64,000 bases of DNA from Flaccisagitta enflata (lineage: Eukaryota). A model generated the notes under the pieces. It saw nothing but the letters and a program-made list of their open reading frames with translations, did no database searches and was not told the origin of the DNA. A program made the position numbers and the translations under genes. The stretch covers positions 1,612,001 through 1,676,000 of the forward strand of contig OZ231126.1 of the NCBI GenBank assembly GCA_965153355.1, written 5' to 3'. Shown here piece by piece: positions 40,705-55,163 of this stretch (position 1 is the first letter of the stretch; each line of letters starts with the position of its first letter).

Positions 40705-42627
40705 CAGGCCTTTTCTTTGTCATTTTTTTGAGCGGGCCAATCGGCCCGATCCTCCAAATTTTAGCGGGCCCGACAAAGAAACAGCGGGCCCGGTATGTTA
40801 TACTGTTCTCTGTTCCCAAATAGTGGTATTTTACAGTGGCTATTATGTAAAACAAGGCCGGATACACAGCTACCCAAGTCGCGTGCGGTTGGGCAGGAGG
40901 CAGGAGGCAGGAGCAGTGAGGCCAAAGACCGCAAAAACCCAAAAAAAGTAAAGTGTGACGGACGGACCAACGGACGGACCGACGCACTAAGGGCCACGGA
41001 TTGCGCTAGATGGCTCCTTGGGTATTTGGGTGAAAATTTTTATCTCTGCTATATGGCTCAAACTAAGTAGAATGGTCATGGTAGCATTTGAGCATACATT
41101 ACCGGTCCATACGACAGGTTTTATAGCAATTTAGAGTGAAAAAAGGCCACCAAAATGGACATTACTACGAAAAATGCTAAATTTCAAGAAAAATCAATGA
41201 ATTTTTTTGATTATCTGTTAAGATTACAAAAATCTCATGATATCTTCAATATTGGATTGGATTCCTTCATTAATGTTTAAATGTCTGGAAAAATTTCAAA
41301 AATCATTATTTTTTACATTTTTAGCACTATTAAATTAGTCTACTATTACTACATATTTGACCTAATTTGCATGCTTTTATTACTCTATAGATATAAAAAA
41401 TCGCACAAGGACGCACAATGAGCCACTTATGCCAAAATGTAGTTCAAGGGGTCCTGAATCCAGAATGCTATGGCTCAAGCGGGCCTTCGACGTCCAAATT
41501 GCGATTTTCTTGGCCTAAAATGGACAAGTAATAATGTGGATAAAAGTAAAAATCTATATTTGATTGGAAGAAAAATGAGCAAAATGAGCTAAATGAGCAA
41601 AAAAATGATTTTTTATGAGCACCTTATTAGGGAATCTTATTGAACAAAGACAAAAATTTAATTGATTTGGTCAAAACATTAGGCAATTTAAATACTAACT
41701 ATAAGAGAGTTTAGCAGTATTTTTCACTTTATTTTCTCAAATTTCTCTTCTTTTGTACTCTAAGCTCATGAAGCTCCTAATCCAATAGAAATGAGTCAAT
41801 ATTGGATATAAATAGTTTCATAACATCTGAAAATATGCAGAAAAATGTTTTTCACTCTGTATATTTCATAAGGAACAATGTAATGGAAAAGATGTAATGA
41901 TAATCCCCAATGAGCCACCTAGCGCACAATGCAGCCCACAGTGCGACGGACCGACAGAGCGGGTTATAGAGTCGCGTAGCACGCGACTAAAAACTCGAGA
42001 CAATCCTTCTCCTTGCATACTCCATTCAGATCTAACAATTTCAACTATAAAACAATTGTGGTTATCATGGGCTTCTTGGAGGGTGAGGATAAAAAAGGAA
42101 AGGAAAAAAAGAGTAGCCTTGAGACTACTAATGACAGTAAGTTCAATTAAGCACAGTGAAAATGATGTAACAAAACGAGCACAAAATTTAGCGCACTGCT
42201 CAAATCAGATGGTGCTTCAAGTTGCCATGGAAGCATGAAAGCAACAAAAAGTATGGAGAACTTGTATCAAGATTTGCTGATTACCCCCATTAGAGAGTCT
42301 CAAGTCGACTTATGGCAGCAAAAGAATTGTTGTCTTTAAAAGTTTTGATTTCTAAAAAGTTTTCTATGAATGACATGCTACCCAAGGTGTATGCTTTTAA
42401 TATCTCAGAGGAGAGACTATTCAGTATCATTCTTTTTTTCAATTTTTTAAAAATATGAAGTGTAACTTTGAAAAACGTCATCAAAATAGTTTCAGAGAGA
42501 AAAGTTGAGTGCAAAACAGATAGCCAAATGAGATCGGGCCAAACGGGCCCACTGCCAGCAAAAAGTGCGGGCCCGACAGCCAAATTGCGGGCCTCGGGCC
42601 CGCGGGCCCGCTCTGAAATAAGGCCTG
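40705..42627. mobile_element. hAT-type MITE with GGGCCC subterminal repeats, hosting nested insertions
   Basis: Ends CAGGCCTT / AAGGCCTG; flanks GTCATTAT / GTTATTAT (7 of 8 match); clustered cgggccc motifs at both ends. Confidence 0.65.
40985..41943. mobile_element. Transib-like non-autonomous element, 5-bp TSD CGACG
   Basis: Ends CACTAAGGGC...GCGCTAGATGGCTC and (reverse) CACTGTGGGC...GCGCTAGGTGGCTC; CGACG at 40980-40984 and 41944-41948. Confidence 0.7.
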
Positions 42628-42640
42628 GTTATTATTCTCA

Positions 42641-43251
42641 TTTTTAGGTGCGCCATAGCACCTCTATAACTAGCTCTGTCTGTCGGTTGGTCGGTTGGTT
42701 GGTTGGTTGGTTGGTTGGTTGATCGGTCACGCTCAAGTTGAAAATCTCGAGTAGAAGAAAAAAATCACTGGAAATGATTCAGAAATATGCTAGGATGATT
42801 TTTAGATGCGCCATAGTACCTCTATAAGAAGCTCTGTCCGTCCTTCCATCCGTTGGTCACGCTTGAATGAAAAATTGCTAAAAATGTTTGAAATCAATAG
42901 AAAACTCATATCGTTCATCATTGATGATACTCGTCATTTCATACACTAATATAATCAGCTACGGTTAGGTCTGATAGAGCTGGGGATAGGTCGGATAGGT
43001 CTGGTGATGGGTCGGATAGGTCTTTGGATAGCTCTGATAGAGCTGGGGATAGGTCTGATAGAGCTGGGGATAGGTCTGATAGAGCTAGTGATAGGTCTGA
43101 TAGAGCTCGGGAAAGGTCTGATAGAGCTCGGGAAAGGTCTGATAGAGCTAGGAAAGGTCTGATAGAGCTAGGGATAGGTCTGATGGAGCTAGGGATAGCT
43201 ATGAATTGATAACGCTCGGCGCACCGTCTTGGCCCGTGTATCCGGCCTTGT
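42641..43251 (+). mobile_element. HINE-like element, subTIR GGTGCGCC/GGCGCACC, with duplicated 5' end and internal 21-bp array
   Basis: Heads AGGTGCgccataGCACCT at 42646 and (degenerate) 42804, another at 40421; (gggataggtctgatagagctr)n at 42965-43200; 3' subTIR at 43218 then ccgtgtatccggccttg. Confidence 0.65.
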
Positions 43252-43884
43252 CAAATTATGGTAGACTTACATACATGCGAAAATTTGTCTAATTTCCACG
43301 TAGTTGTCTGGTGGAGTAAACAAGGTCCGACAGAGGTTGCCAGAGAATTACTGACATTTACTTCTCGTGCTCCATCTTCTCTCTGTCTCAGAGAGAATGT
43401 TCTGAAAGGTGTGCAGAATTTTTTGAAGCAAATTGCGCAACTCAAGCAAGCAGACTCGAAATCCACGTAGCCATCACGACATACTTAACCATGGCTGGTA
43501 TCTTTAGCCTTTTTCGCAGTCATATTTTTGATTCAACTGAGATATAATGAATTTATTCAGCAAGCATGCAAACTCGAAAACCACGTAGCCAATGCGACAT
43601 TCTTATCCATAACCAGTATCTTAACCTATTTTGCAGTTGTATCTTTTATTAAATGGAGATTCAATGAATTCTACTCACTGGATGATCTCAAACATTCATA
43701 TGCAATTTGTGCCTTTCTTTTACATTCAATGGCGCTTTATGTAATTACAAAATTTTATCGTCTTGAATAAACAATTTCTTTCCGTCTTTTGTTCAGTTTT
43801 GATTTTATGTCGCGGACTCTATAAAGGCTATATCCGTCTGTCTGTCAGTTGTCCATCTAGTTTTAGTTGCGGGCACCCATCTAT

Positions 43885-44126
43885 TTTTAGTTGCGGACAT
43901 CCAACTCTATAAGAGGCTTTGTCCATCCTTCGGTCCGTCGGTCAGTCAGTCCGATGGTCCGTTGGTCTATGGTGATCGAGTTGAAAAATGTGAAAACACG
44001 CATTTTAGACGCTGCTGTGTGATAATCCGTGGGTGTAATGTGTTTGGGGTGGGCAAGGGTGTGAATGGGGGTTGTATGCCCCTGCCCAACCGCCCGCAAC
44101 GATATTGTGACCCCGCGTCACTTGTT
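43885..44126 (+). mobile_element. HINE-like element with GTGAC-cccgc-GTCAC 3' hairpin
   Basis: ttttagttgcggac...cccgcaacgatattgtgaccccgcgtcacttgtt; close relative at 53899-54116. Confidence 0.75.
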
Positions 44127-44131
44127 CCACT

Positions 44132-44231
<100 letters not shown>

Positions 44232-44332
44232 GCCGATAAGACAACGACCCACCGCTTGCCCCTTCCCACACCCCTCGACGTTGCCACATTGTTTTAAAAG
44301 TCACCATCACTTCGCAGTTTTGTGGATGATTA

Positions 44333-45197
<865 letters not shown>

Positions 45198-45777
45198 GTC
45201 ATCATCCTATACTATTGTGGTGATGTACGGCTTGAATGAGTCTTTGTGGTGAAGTATTAGGTGGGTGATGTGACATGCTCATTTTGGACGGGCACCCTGC
45301 ATGTTCCAAGTCAAATTTTCACCCCAAACGGATTTCAATCAGTTAGAAAGTTAAATCCAAACAAGTGACAGACTCACTAGAACGGCGCCAAAATCAATAT
45401 AGCGCGATATATGTTAGAAAAGTAGTTAAAATATGCAACATGGGGTATCAATCGAAAGCCCTTGATATTCTGCATCGATTGATACCCATAATTGAGGTTT
45501 CGGAGGAACATGCATTAAAACAATGCAATGCAACAATACAACCGGTGCTCGAAGGTTACTAGATTCCATGGCACATAATAAATATTAAGGCTGTCGGTCT
45601 AGTACATGTCAGTGAACCGAATGTACGTATAAATTAGATTTAAAAGAAAAAAAAACAGCAAAGTAAAACCACATAGGTTAAAATTAGGTCCGGACTAAGA
45701 GCGGCGTTGGAGATGACCACGATGGCTCGTTGCGAGCGGAAAAAATCTTGAAAGAGTATGGGTCCGCGACTGGGGTC

Positions 45778-46325
45778 GAACGGTGTTGTTGAATGGCGTT
45801 GTCGAACGGCGTCGTTGAACGGCGTTGTCAAACGGCGTTGTCAAACGGCGTTGCCAAACGGCGTTGTCAAACGGCGTTGTCAAACGGCGTTGTCAAACGG
45901 CGTTGTCAAACGGCGTTGTCGAACGGCGTTGTCGAACGGCGCTGTCGAACGGCGTTGTCAAACGGCGTTGTCGAACGGCGTTGTCAAACGGCGTTGTCAA
46001 ATGGCGTTGTCGAACGGCGTTGTCAAACGGCGTTGTCAAATGGCGTTGTCGAACGGCGTTGTCAAACGGCGTTGTCAAATGGCGTTGTCAAATGGCGTTG
46101 TCGAACGGCGTTGTCAAACGGCGTTGTCAAACGGCGTTGTCGAATGGCGTTGTCAAATGGCATTGTCGAATGGCGATGTTGTCGAACGGCGATGTTGTCG
46201 GCGTTGTCAAACGGCGTTGTCAAACGGCTTTGTCAAATGGTGTTGTCAAAGTGTTGTCAAACGCCGTTGTGAAATACTGTTGTCAAACAGTGTTGTCAAA
46301 TGGTCTTGTCAAATAGCGGTCAAAT
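45778..46325. repeat. 13-bp GC-rich minisatellite (AACGGCGTTGTCR)n
   Basis: About 40 consecutive units, homogeneous in the centre and degenerate at the edges. Confidence 0.92.
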
Positions 46326-46605
46326 AGGGGTTGAGAGATAAGCTGCTTTGTTCATATGCATAGGTTGAGCCATTTAATTTTGAGTCTACATACCAAATTT
46401 TAACCAAATTGATTGAGAATTGTTCAAATTATGCACATTTTTCACTTTTAAGGTGGTAGGCTGGTTGGGTGGTAGGCCGGTTAGCATGCTAAAATCTTTA
46501 CAAATCAAATACATATGTTGAGTCCTTCCATTTAGAGAAAACATACCAAGTTTACACCTAATCAGTTGAAAAACGCCAAAGTTATTAACTTTTTTCACTT
46601 TAAGG

Positions 46606-46913
46606 CAGGCCTGTATATTCTTGAGTTTTCCCCCCCCCGGTGGGGGGGGGGAAAAAAATCAAAGGATCTGGAGATGGGGAAGGAAATCAAAGGGGGAAAA
46701 AAGAGAAAAGAAGGAAATTTGGGGAAAATATAACTTTTTACAGTACCAAATCATAAAACTCAATTAGTAGAACACAATTTAACTACATAGTTTTATTACT
46801 ACATGGAGGAGAAAATCATGGATATAAAAATGCGACGCAACACGTTGCGGGGAAGAAAATCAAAGGCAGGGGGGGGAAAAAAATCAAAAGCGACTCAAGA
46901 ATATACACCCCTG
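46606..46913. mobile_element. hAT-type MITE, 8-bp TSD CTTTAAGG
   Basis: TIRs CAGGCCTGTATATTCTTGAG / CTCAAGAATATACACCCCTG; TSD at 46598-46605 and 46914-46921. Confidence 0.88.
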
Positions 46914-46929
46914 CTTTAAGGCTGGTAGG

Positions 46930-47841
46930 CAGGCCTGAGCTATATAGCATTTTTGTCAACAATACAATACCAATACAATACATTCAAGTATTGGGACAAT
47001 ACAATACAATACCAATACAATACAATATTCATTAAAATTGTATACAATATATTTTAAGCATACAATACAATACAAAAAATATGATTTTACAGAGTTTTAA
47101 TAGTAAGTGATAAGCAGTAATATATATTAAACTAATCATAGTTAGGTAATGTACTAATAATTTGAAAAAGAATATGAAAATTTTATTCATAATATAAATA
47201 TTTTGTTTTATAAGAAGAGCTAAAAATTTGTTATATTTTTTTTCACTGTGATAAAAGTTTTATTTCATTTTTTTCTTATTCTGTCTTAATTTCTAGTATC
47301 TTTTCTTTTTTTTATACTTATCTATTTGTTGTTTTTTTTTATCTAGATCTGGTTCTGTTTTTTTATTTTTTTGTGTGTTTTTCATTGTCATTCCCTGTCT
47401 TTTTCTCTCTCTCCTGTAGATTTTCTTCCTCTTCCTCCTTTTCAACCTTCCAGCTTCTGACCACTGATTGTTTGTTTTATAGATCTTTATTCCTCTTCTT
47501 CTTCTTTGTCTATATTTCCAACCCACCTAATCTGTCATAAGTTCTTCTTCCTCTTTCTCTTTTCATCCCTCACCGACTTTTACTTTCAGCAAATCCTCCT
47601 CTTCTCCTTTTATCTCTCATTTTATCTACTTCTTTTGTTCTCCCTCAGACCGAGGAATGCTTTTCCTCTTCTTCTTCATCTCCTTCAGTCTTTTTTTCAT
47701 ATATTTCATTTATTTATTAATATTGTATAGTATTGTATTGTATTGGTAAAATAACAAAATAAACTACATGTATTGGGAAAACCCAATACACAAGAATATT
47801 GTAAACCCAATAACAATACCCAATACAATCGCTCAGGCCTG
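46930..47841. mobile_element. hAT-type MITE with (caata)n subterminal repeats, 8-bp TSD CTGGTAGG
   Basis: TIRs CAGGCCTGAGC / GCTCAGGCCTG; TSD at 46922-46929 and 47842-47849. Confidence 0.88.
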
Positions 47842-49319
47842 CTGGTAGGCTAGTTGGGTGGTAGGCCGGTTTGGCCGGTTAGCATGCTAAAATCTTCAGG
47901 ATTCAAATACTTATATTGAGTCCTTCTATTCAGAGACTACATACCAAGTTTCAACCAAATTGGTTGAAAAATGCAGAAGTTATGCACATTTTTCACTATT
48001 CGGCTGGTAGGCTGGTTGGGTGGTAGGCCGGTTTGGCCGGTTAGCATGCTGAAATCTTTACAATTCAAATACATATGTTGAGTCCTTCCATTTAGAGACT
48101 ACATACTAAGTTTTAACCAAATCGGTTGAAAAATGCAGAAGTTATGCACGTTTTTCACTTTTCGGCTGGTAGGCTGGTTGGGTGGTAGGCCGGTTTGGCC
48201 AGTTAGCATGCTAAAATCTTTACAATTTAGATACATATGTTGAGTCCTTCCATTTAGAGACTACATACAAGTTTCAACTAAATCAGTTGAAAACAGAAGT
48301 TATGCATGTTTTTCACTTTTCGGCTGGTAGGCCGGTTGGGTGGTAGGCCGGTTTGGCCGGTTAGCATGCTAAAATCTTTACAATTCAAATACATATGTTG
48401 AGTCCTTCCATTTAGAGACTGGCCGGTTGGGTGGAAGGCCGGTTTGGCCGGTTAGCATGCTAAAATCTTTACAATTCAAATACATGTGTTGAGTCCTTCC
48501 ATTTAGAGACTACATACCAAGTTTCAACCAAATCGGTTGAAAAATGCCAAAGTTATGCACATTTTTCACTTTTAGGCTGGCAGGCTGGTTGGGCCGGTTG
48601 GGTGGGTCGGATCATAACATACGCATAGGCCGCAAAGCGGCTTACCCTAGTACAACTTCCCTCCAAATATGAAGCAAATCGGTCAAGGCGTTCAAAAGTT
48701 AGCCTATTTTTAAAACTGTGGACGACAACAACAACGACGACGACGACGACACCCACCCGCCTCGAATTATAGTCCGCGTCGGAATGGTATTCCGTCGTGG
48801 CTAAAGGATGCCAGTAGAGATGCTTTTGAGCAGGCCGAAATCAAACCCTTTAAATCAGTATTTCGTGCCTCACAACATCTAAGGCCAAAGCTTTTCAAAC
48901 GCGCTTTATTTTCTTTTGTAATCATCCCCCTAGCAGAGATTTCAATAGAGAATTGAGAAACAGCAAATTCACGGGACAAATCTGCCACAAGCGGGGCATA
49001 CTTTTCCTCTTTGTAGACATGATCACGATCTATGTTCCTTTACCATGGGCAAGTCAATTCGAGAATGACAATAACACGCGTATCTTCATTTACCACAAAT
49101 ACATCAGGGCGCAGGGGCGTGACAATCAAATGGGGGGGAATAACACCGCCATGAGGTGCCTGAAAACCACTCAAGTCGGAAAACAGAGAAAAACCATTCC
49201 TCAGAGGGCTATTTGTGGAGGTTTTAGCCTAAAAAACGCTTTTTAACTTTTTTTTTTGTAGTATTACAATTACTTCTATTTTTGAAGATGAAATGAGTTT
49301 CCCAGTGCCTGTGATGCAT

Positions 49320-49836
49320 TTGGGTGCTTCACATAGCAAAAGTTGGGAGTATCCCTTCACCCTACTTAGGTAATGTGGAGGAGCAAAAATCATGAAAATA
49401 ACCATTTTCCTTTTTTCAAAATTCCTTCATCTTCCGTTTTTGTTTTGGCCTTAAAGTTTCCACTGATTTTCCAGAGTTCAGCAAAATCCTGTGTAGTTTT
49501 GTTACAAAAAAAGACAATTATTTGTTTTAAAAAATCATGATATATATAAAAATAAACTAAAATATCAGAACATAAGTTATGAAAGAGCAAATGAAAAGGC
49601 AGAATTGCAATTCTATGAAGAGTAAAAAATTATGAAAGCTGATTCAAACAATGTCAGCATATTGTTTTATCCCACTACATTATGCAAATTAGGTCCTCAA
49701 AAGCAATTTTTAAAAAAAACGGAAGATGAACAAATTTTGATAAAACAAAAATGGTAAGGGTCCTAAAATTGGTCACTCCATATTAGGTAAAGAGGGCAAA
49801 AAGAAATAACCAACTTTTGCCATGCGAAGCACGCAA
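49320..49836. mobile_element. Mutator-like MITE with long imperfect TIRs and 9-bp flanking repeat GTGATGCAT
   Basis: TTGGGTGCTTCACATAGCAAAAGTTGG / CCAACTTTTGCCATGCGAAGCACGCAA; repeat at 49311-49319 and 49837-49845; relative at about 38078-38509. Confidence 0.6.
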
Positions 49837-50841
49837 GTGATGCATGGTTGACTCTTTATGAAAATACTTGAGCAAAGCATGGCTGATGATGGTGTTTTAT
49901 TTATTTTACATTTTTTCCAAAACCCTTTTTTAGCTGCTAATTTGTGTATTGCTGTATCATTGATTTCATATCAGAATTATTGTTCATAAATATATTAAAG
50001 TAGCTATATAAATATTTTGGTTTGATTCCTAATTGGGGTTAGGTAAAAGTTGTTTTTTTTACCACAGAAATCATAAAAAGAAGTAAAACTTTATATTCTT
50101 TATTGAGGTTTTGGGTCTTATTTTTAACAAAACCAGATGGAGACTCTGAAAGTATATATATTTTTGACAATCTTTACCTGCGCTAAAAAAATGAAAGACG
50201 ACTGAAATTTGAAAAATTAAAACGCTAAAAATCTTAAAATTATTTTGTTTTGCGCTCCCTGATGTTGATGATCTGATCAAGGATACTTTTTATTTTTTGA
50301 CACACCCTAGCGGGTCATAGTAGCGTGCATGCGACTAAAAATCAAAGTTTTTGGCACTTTTCAGCTGCGTCCATGTTACACACCGCATCAAACACTCTTT
50401 AGTAGGCTTTGGTTTTATCTGTCTGTCCGTCCTTCTATCTGTCCTTTCATATATCTGATATGTCTATCGCCAAAGACAATACACGCAAGGACACAGGACG
50501 CATCATTGCCCAGTCGGGGTTGGTCGTGTGCTTTCTACTTTTTTAGCGTTTTTGAGCGTTTTGAGCTCAGAGCTCCTGAGTCAGGAGCTCTGAGCTCAAA
50601 ACGCTGACCAAATGCTCCAGTGACCTTCTCTATCACTGTCCCTGCCCACCCGCATACAACTAAGGTAGCCTTGTATCCAGCATTGTTTTTATCTTCAACT
50701 TCTTTTTCTGCCCCTCCTTGGCTCCTTCTCTTCCTTCGATTCCGTTTTCTCCCTCTCTTGGATTCGGAACATGATTTTCGGAAGTTTTCGTAATACGACC
50801 GAACGCAAATCGCGCGATCGATTCCTGCGCCTACGAAGTCC

Positions 50842-50905
<64 letters not shown>

Positions 50906-50915
50906 CAGAGACAGA

Positions 50916-50948
<33 letters not shown>

Positions 50949-52189
50949 ACAGACAGACATGCACACAAACGTTAGTCTGATGGAGATTTCCTCCTTGAGA
51001 ATTTCGGTTGCCTCCGGTTTGCGCATCACCGCTAATGTCTTTACAATGAAAAGAAGAAGGCTGGACGCTCAGCCCAAAAGAAGTCGCTTGAAGGTGGGCC
51101 GGGGCAGTATTGTGAACGGGTTTGGGCAGTACATGTAATGCACCAAACCACGATTTCAGTCGATTAAGTGTCATCCATGATTTGCGTCACATTATCCGTT
51201 CAAACGAGGAGGGCACTCAAGGCCAAATCCTGATCCTGATCTGAAAATGGGTAAGGGGAACTGTAAATACCCAAGGCCATAAATACCCTGTAATGAGAAA
51301 ATGGGCCAAGAGGCCGGGATTTCTGTATAAATTCCCCCTAAGTACCCCATTTCAATGTCTTGGGAATCGTTTGCTCAAATACTTTTCCAACCTACAAATA
51401 CCCTACAAGTTGTAGATGGGGATTCAACTCATAAATACCTCTCATTTTCCCTAAATACCCCTCTCCTTCAATAAACCTGGGTGTCCATCTCGTAAATACT
51501 GTTTTTTTTCTCTTATCCCTCTTACTCTTTTTAGTTGCGAACACGCTTTGTCAGTCGGTCCGCCCGTCAGTTTGTTGGTGTGTCAGTCCTTCCATCATTT
51601 GGACCGTCCGTCGGTCCGTTCGTCCACCATGTTCGAGTTGAAAATGTGAAAAACCGCGCATTTTAAGATGCTGCAGTTGGTATTGTGTGTGTTTGAATGT
51701 GTTGGAGGGGGGTTGGAGGTGGGGTTGGGGTGAGGCTGGGGTATAGATGCTCCTGCCCATCCGTCCACAAATCCCTATTAGAGGGTCTGTCTGTCGGTCA
51801 ATCAGTCCCTCCGTTGGTCCATCTGTCTGTCAGTCCATCTGTCCGTCGATCCGTTTTGCCTGAAAAATCGCATACTAGGTTGTTTCTGGCCACGATAAGC
51901 TCTTGCGATGAATAGAATGATCAAATACACATGTCTACAGTGTCTCATTTGACTGTTAAAAAAAATTCAAGCAGTTCGTCTGTTTATGTAATCACCGTGA
52001 GATTCACTCCACGCATTGACACAGTCAGGGCGCATTGTTGCCCGGTTGAGCTTAATGTTCTCTCTCTCTTCCTTCCTCGCTTTCGTTAATCTCGTCTCTT
52101 GGAGTCGGAACACAATTTTCAAACATTTTACGTTTTCGTAATAACTCAACCGAACGCGGATCATTTCAATCGCTTCTTGCGCTTGTTAG

Positions 52190-52251
<62 letters not shown>

Positions 52252-52356
52252 AACAGACAGGCACAGACACAGACAGGCACAGACAGACACAGACAGACAG
52301 ACCGACAGATAGATGGACAGTGAAAGAAAGAAAGAAAGAAACAGACAAACGAAGAC

Positions 52357-53598
52357 GGTCAGAATCCCCTATTGAAAAAAAGTAAATAAAAAGCAGATAA
52401 AAAATAATTTTATTATAATTTTTTTACATAAGAGTTTTAAAAAAGATATAGAATTAGAATATGATGTTTGTTTCGGTCTAACTTGGGCCAAATAATGAGA
52501 ACCTATTTTTAGTACTAAAAGTAATTATTTTTGCTATAAAAACATTGCCAATTTAAATATTTCCTTTATCTTTTTTTAAAGAAGTAGAAAGGTTATGAAG
52601 TAAATGATCATTGCCAAAAGAAAGAACATTTTATAATAAGCTACAAACGCTTGAAAATTGATTTGAAAAGCTATGAAGAAACTTGCTAAATTTGTAAATT
52701 TTTTTAAAATTAAGAATTTAAATCAGTGCAAAATTATTAAATTACTATCATATTTCAGTTTTATAAATCTACTTCAAGAAAAACTAAACTAAAAGCAAAA
52801 AATGCAAATTGCAATATGCAAATGAGCTAGAAATTTTTTTGAAAATTGGCATAAAAATAAAAATCCCTAAAAAAGTGTAAAATAAGAATATGATATTCAT
52901 TTTGATAAGACTTAAGCCAAAAAAATCAGAATTTAATTTTATAACTTAATAATTACTTTTTACATAAAAATAGTATAATTTTGAAAAATTTTGTTATTTT
53001 TTTCGAAATATTGATGGATTACTATCTATTTTGAGTAGCTGCAAAAAATGTGGAATTCCTACCTTTTTTAAGCAAATTTTCAGGAAATTTGCATTATAAG
53101 CTTATTTGTGTATTGCAGTTATGAATTTTTTACTTATAATTCTAGTTTTTCTCAAATAGACTCACGAAACTGAAATGTGATATTAATTTCATAATTTGAT
53201 ACTAATTTAAGTGCTTGATTTTAAAAATTTGTATAAATTTGACAAGTTTCTGCAGTTTTTGGATTTTCAAAACAATTTAAAGCCTTCTTGGGTAATCAAA
53301 AAATATTGGTTTTTTTTTTTTTTGAAAATAATCAAAAACTAAATCACTTTTTTATTTTTGTAAAAAACAAATGGGTATATTCAATTGAATATTGTTTTTA
53401 TGGGAAAAAAACTATATTTAACACTAAAAATGTGTTCTAACTTTTTTCGGCTTGAGCCTGACCAAAACAAATATCATATTCTGATTTAACATAAATCTTA
53501 CATGAATGAAAATTAGAATGAGTTTATTTCTTTTATTCTTTATTTATTTATTTATTTATTTTTTTTTTTTGAGAAATTTCCAACAGGGGATTCTGACC
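52357..53598. mobile_element. AT-rich foldback/MITE with GGTCAGAATCCCCT TIRs
   Basis: GGTCAGAATCCCCTATTG / CAACAGGGGATTCTGACC plus further degenerate inverted segments inside; no TSD seen. Confidence 0.62.
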
Positions 53599-53659
53599 AT
53601 TACGCGTGATAAATAACTCGACCGGATTGTTTCGATCGCTTCGATTCCGGCGCTGAGTC

Positions 53660-53775
<116 letters not shown>

Positions 53776-53898
53776 TCCTGTTGCATCCAGATTACGCGTC
53801 TTCCGCCAACGTAGGGAAAAGAAGAATAATAGTCAAAAAGTAGTCGCTTTAGGGTGGGCGGGGGCTGTAATGCAAATTGGCTGTGGCTGTAGTGCGCT

Positions 53899-54116
53899 TT
53901 TCAGTTGCGGACACGCAACTCCATAAGAGGCTTTGTCCGTCCGTCCGTCCATCCATCCGTTGATCCGTCATGGTGATTGAGTTGAAAAATGGGAAAACGA
54001 GCGTTTTCGATACTTTTTGTGTATGTTTGAGTGTTGGGGGTGGGTTGGGGTGTGGATGGGGGTTGGACGCCCCTGCCCACCCGTCCACAACAATATTGGC
54101 CCCGCGTCACTTGTTT
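53899..54116 (+). mobile_element. HINE-like element
   Basis: ttcagttgcggacacgcaact...(GTCC)n...gtccacaac...gtcacttgtt. Confidence 0.75.
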
Positions 54117-54804
54117 TAGATAGATTTCTCTAACTAGAATGCAGGCTTCCAGCTTAAAATAAATCATTTTCTTGCCACTTTTTGAAAAAAATCCAAACGC
54201 ATACCTTGCAAGTGACTAAGAATTGAAGTGAGCTCTCTCTCTCTCTCACACACACACACTCACACTCACACTCACACTCACACTCACACTCACACTCACA
54301 CTCTCACTCTCTCTCTCTCTCTCTCTCTCTCGCAAAGGCTGTCTCAATGCCGCAATGACGTCACGATCTCGAATGAAACAAAGATAGAAAAAAATGACGC
54401 CTTATCGAATTTAATTGCTAGTAGGAAAGGTAGCGCCAGAGAGCATTTACTAGTTCTTTGATCGGGATGACCAATATTATGTTTTTTTTTTTCCCGTGAA
54501 AATTAATGTAGAACAACGAATAAGATGATTTTGAGTTCCACTTTACAGCTTTATCACCAGGGACGGACGGACTGATTTATAAATAGATGGATGGACAGTT
54601 GGATAAAGCCTCCCATAGACTTTCTTCTGACTACCACATACTTATCATGTCCTTCATTTCTTACATTGTTGTTGTTGCTTAAGCCTTAGGAATCTCTTCA
54701 ATCATTAGCTAGAAAGATGTCAATCGCGCCGGGCGAATTGTTACCTTCGATACATGTGACGCATGGCCGCATATGAAGTTATGAACAGGATCTTTTTTTT
54801 TTCA

Positions 54805-54900
<96 letters not shown>

Positions 54901-54975
54901 GTTACCTCCAACACATGTACCGCATATGAACAGAAGTTTTTTTATTTCGTCAAGATTCACTCTCTCTCTTTCTGT

Positions 54976-55163
<188 letters not shown>

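Larger units (their letters stand above)
46390..48600. repeat. ~162-bp tandem array (host of two hAT MITEs), probably internal to a minus-strand DINE-like element ending near 48805
   Basis: agcatgctaaaatc recurs at 46483, 47881, 48043, 48205, 48363 and 48454; (gac)n and the cggaat-ggt-attccg hairpin at 48720-48805. Confidence 0.8.

Noticed and set aside
43393-43470. ENVLKGVQNFLKQ after a good acceptor, faintly like the M1 GLxxYL helix
   Set aside because: Lacks the following YxNA/DLW motif, ends in a stop, and that region is already encoded at 58052.
45758-46327. Three overlapping long ORFs with repeated TALSNGVVKRRCQ
   Set aside because: Translation of a stop-free 13-bp minisatellite in all frames; no splice or homology support.
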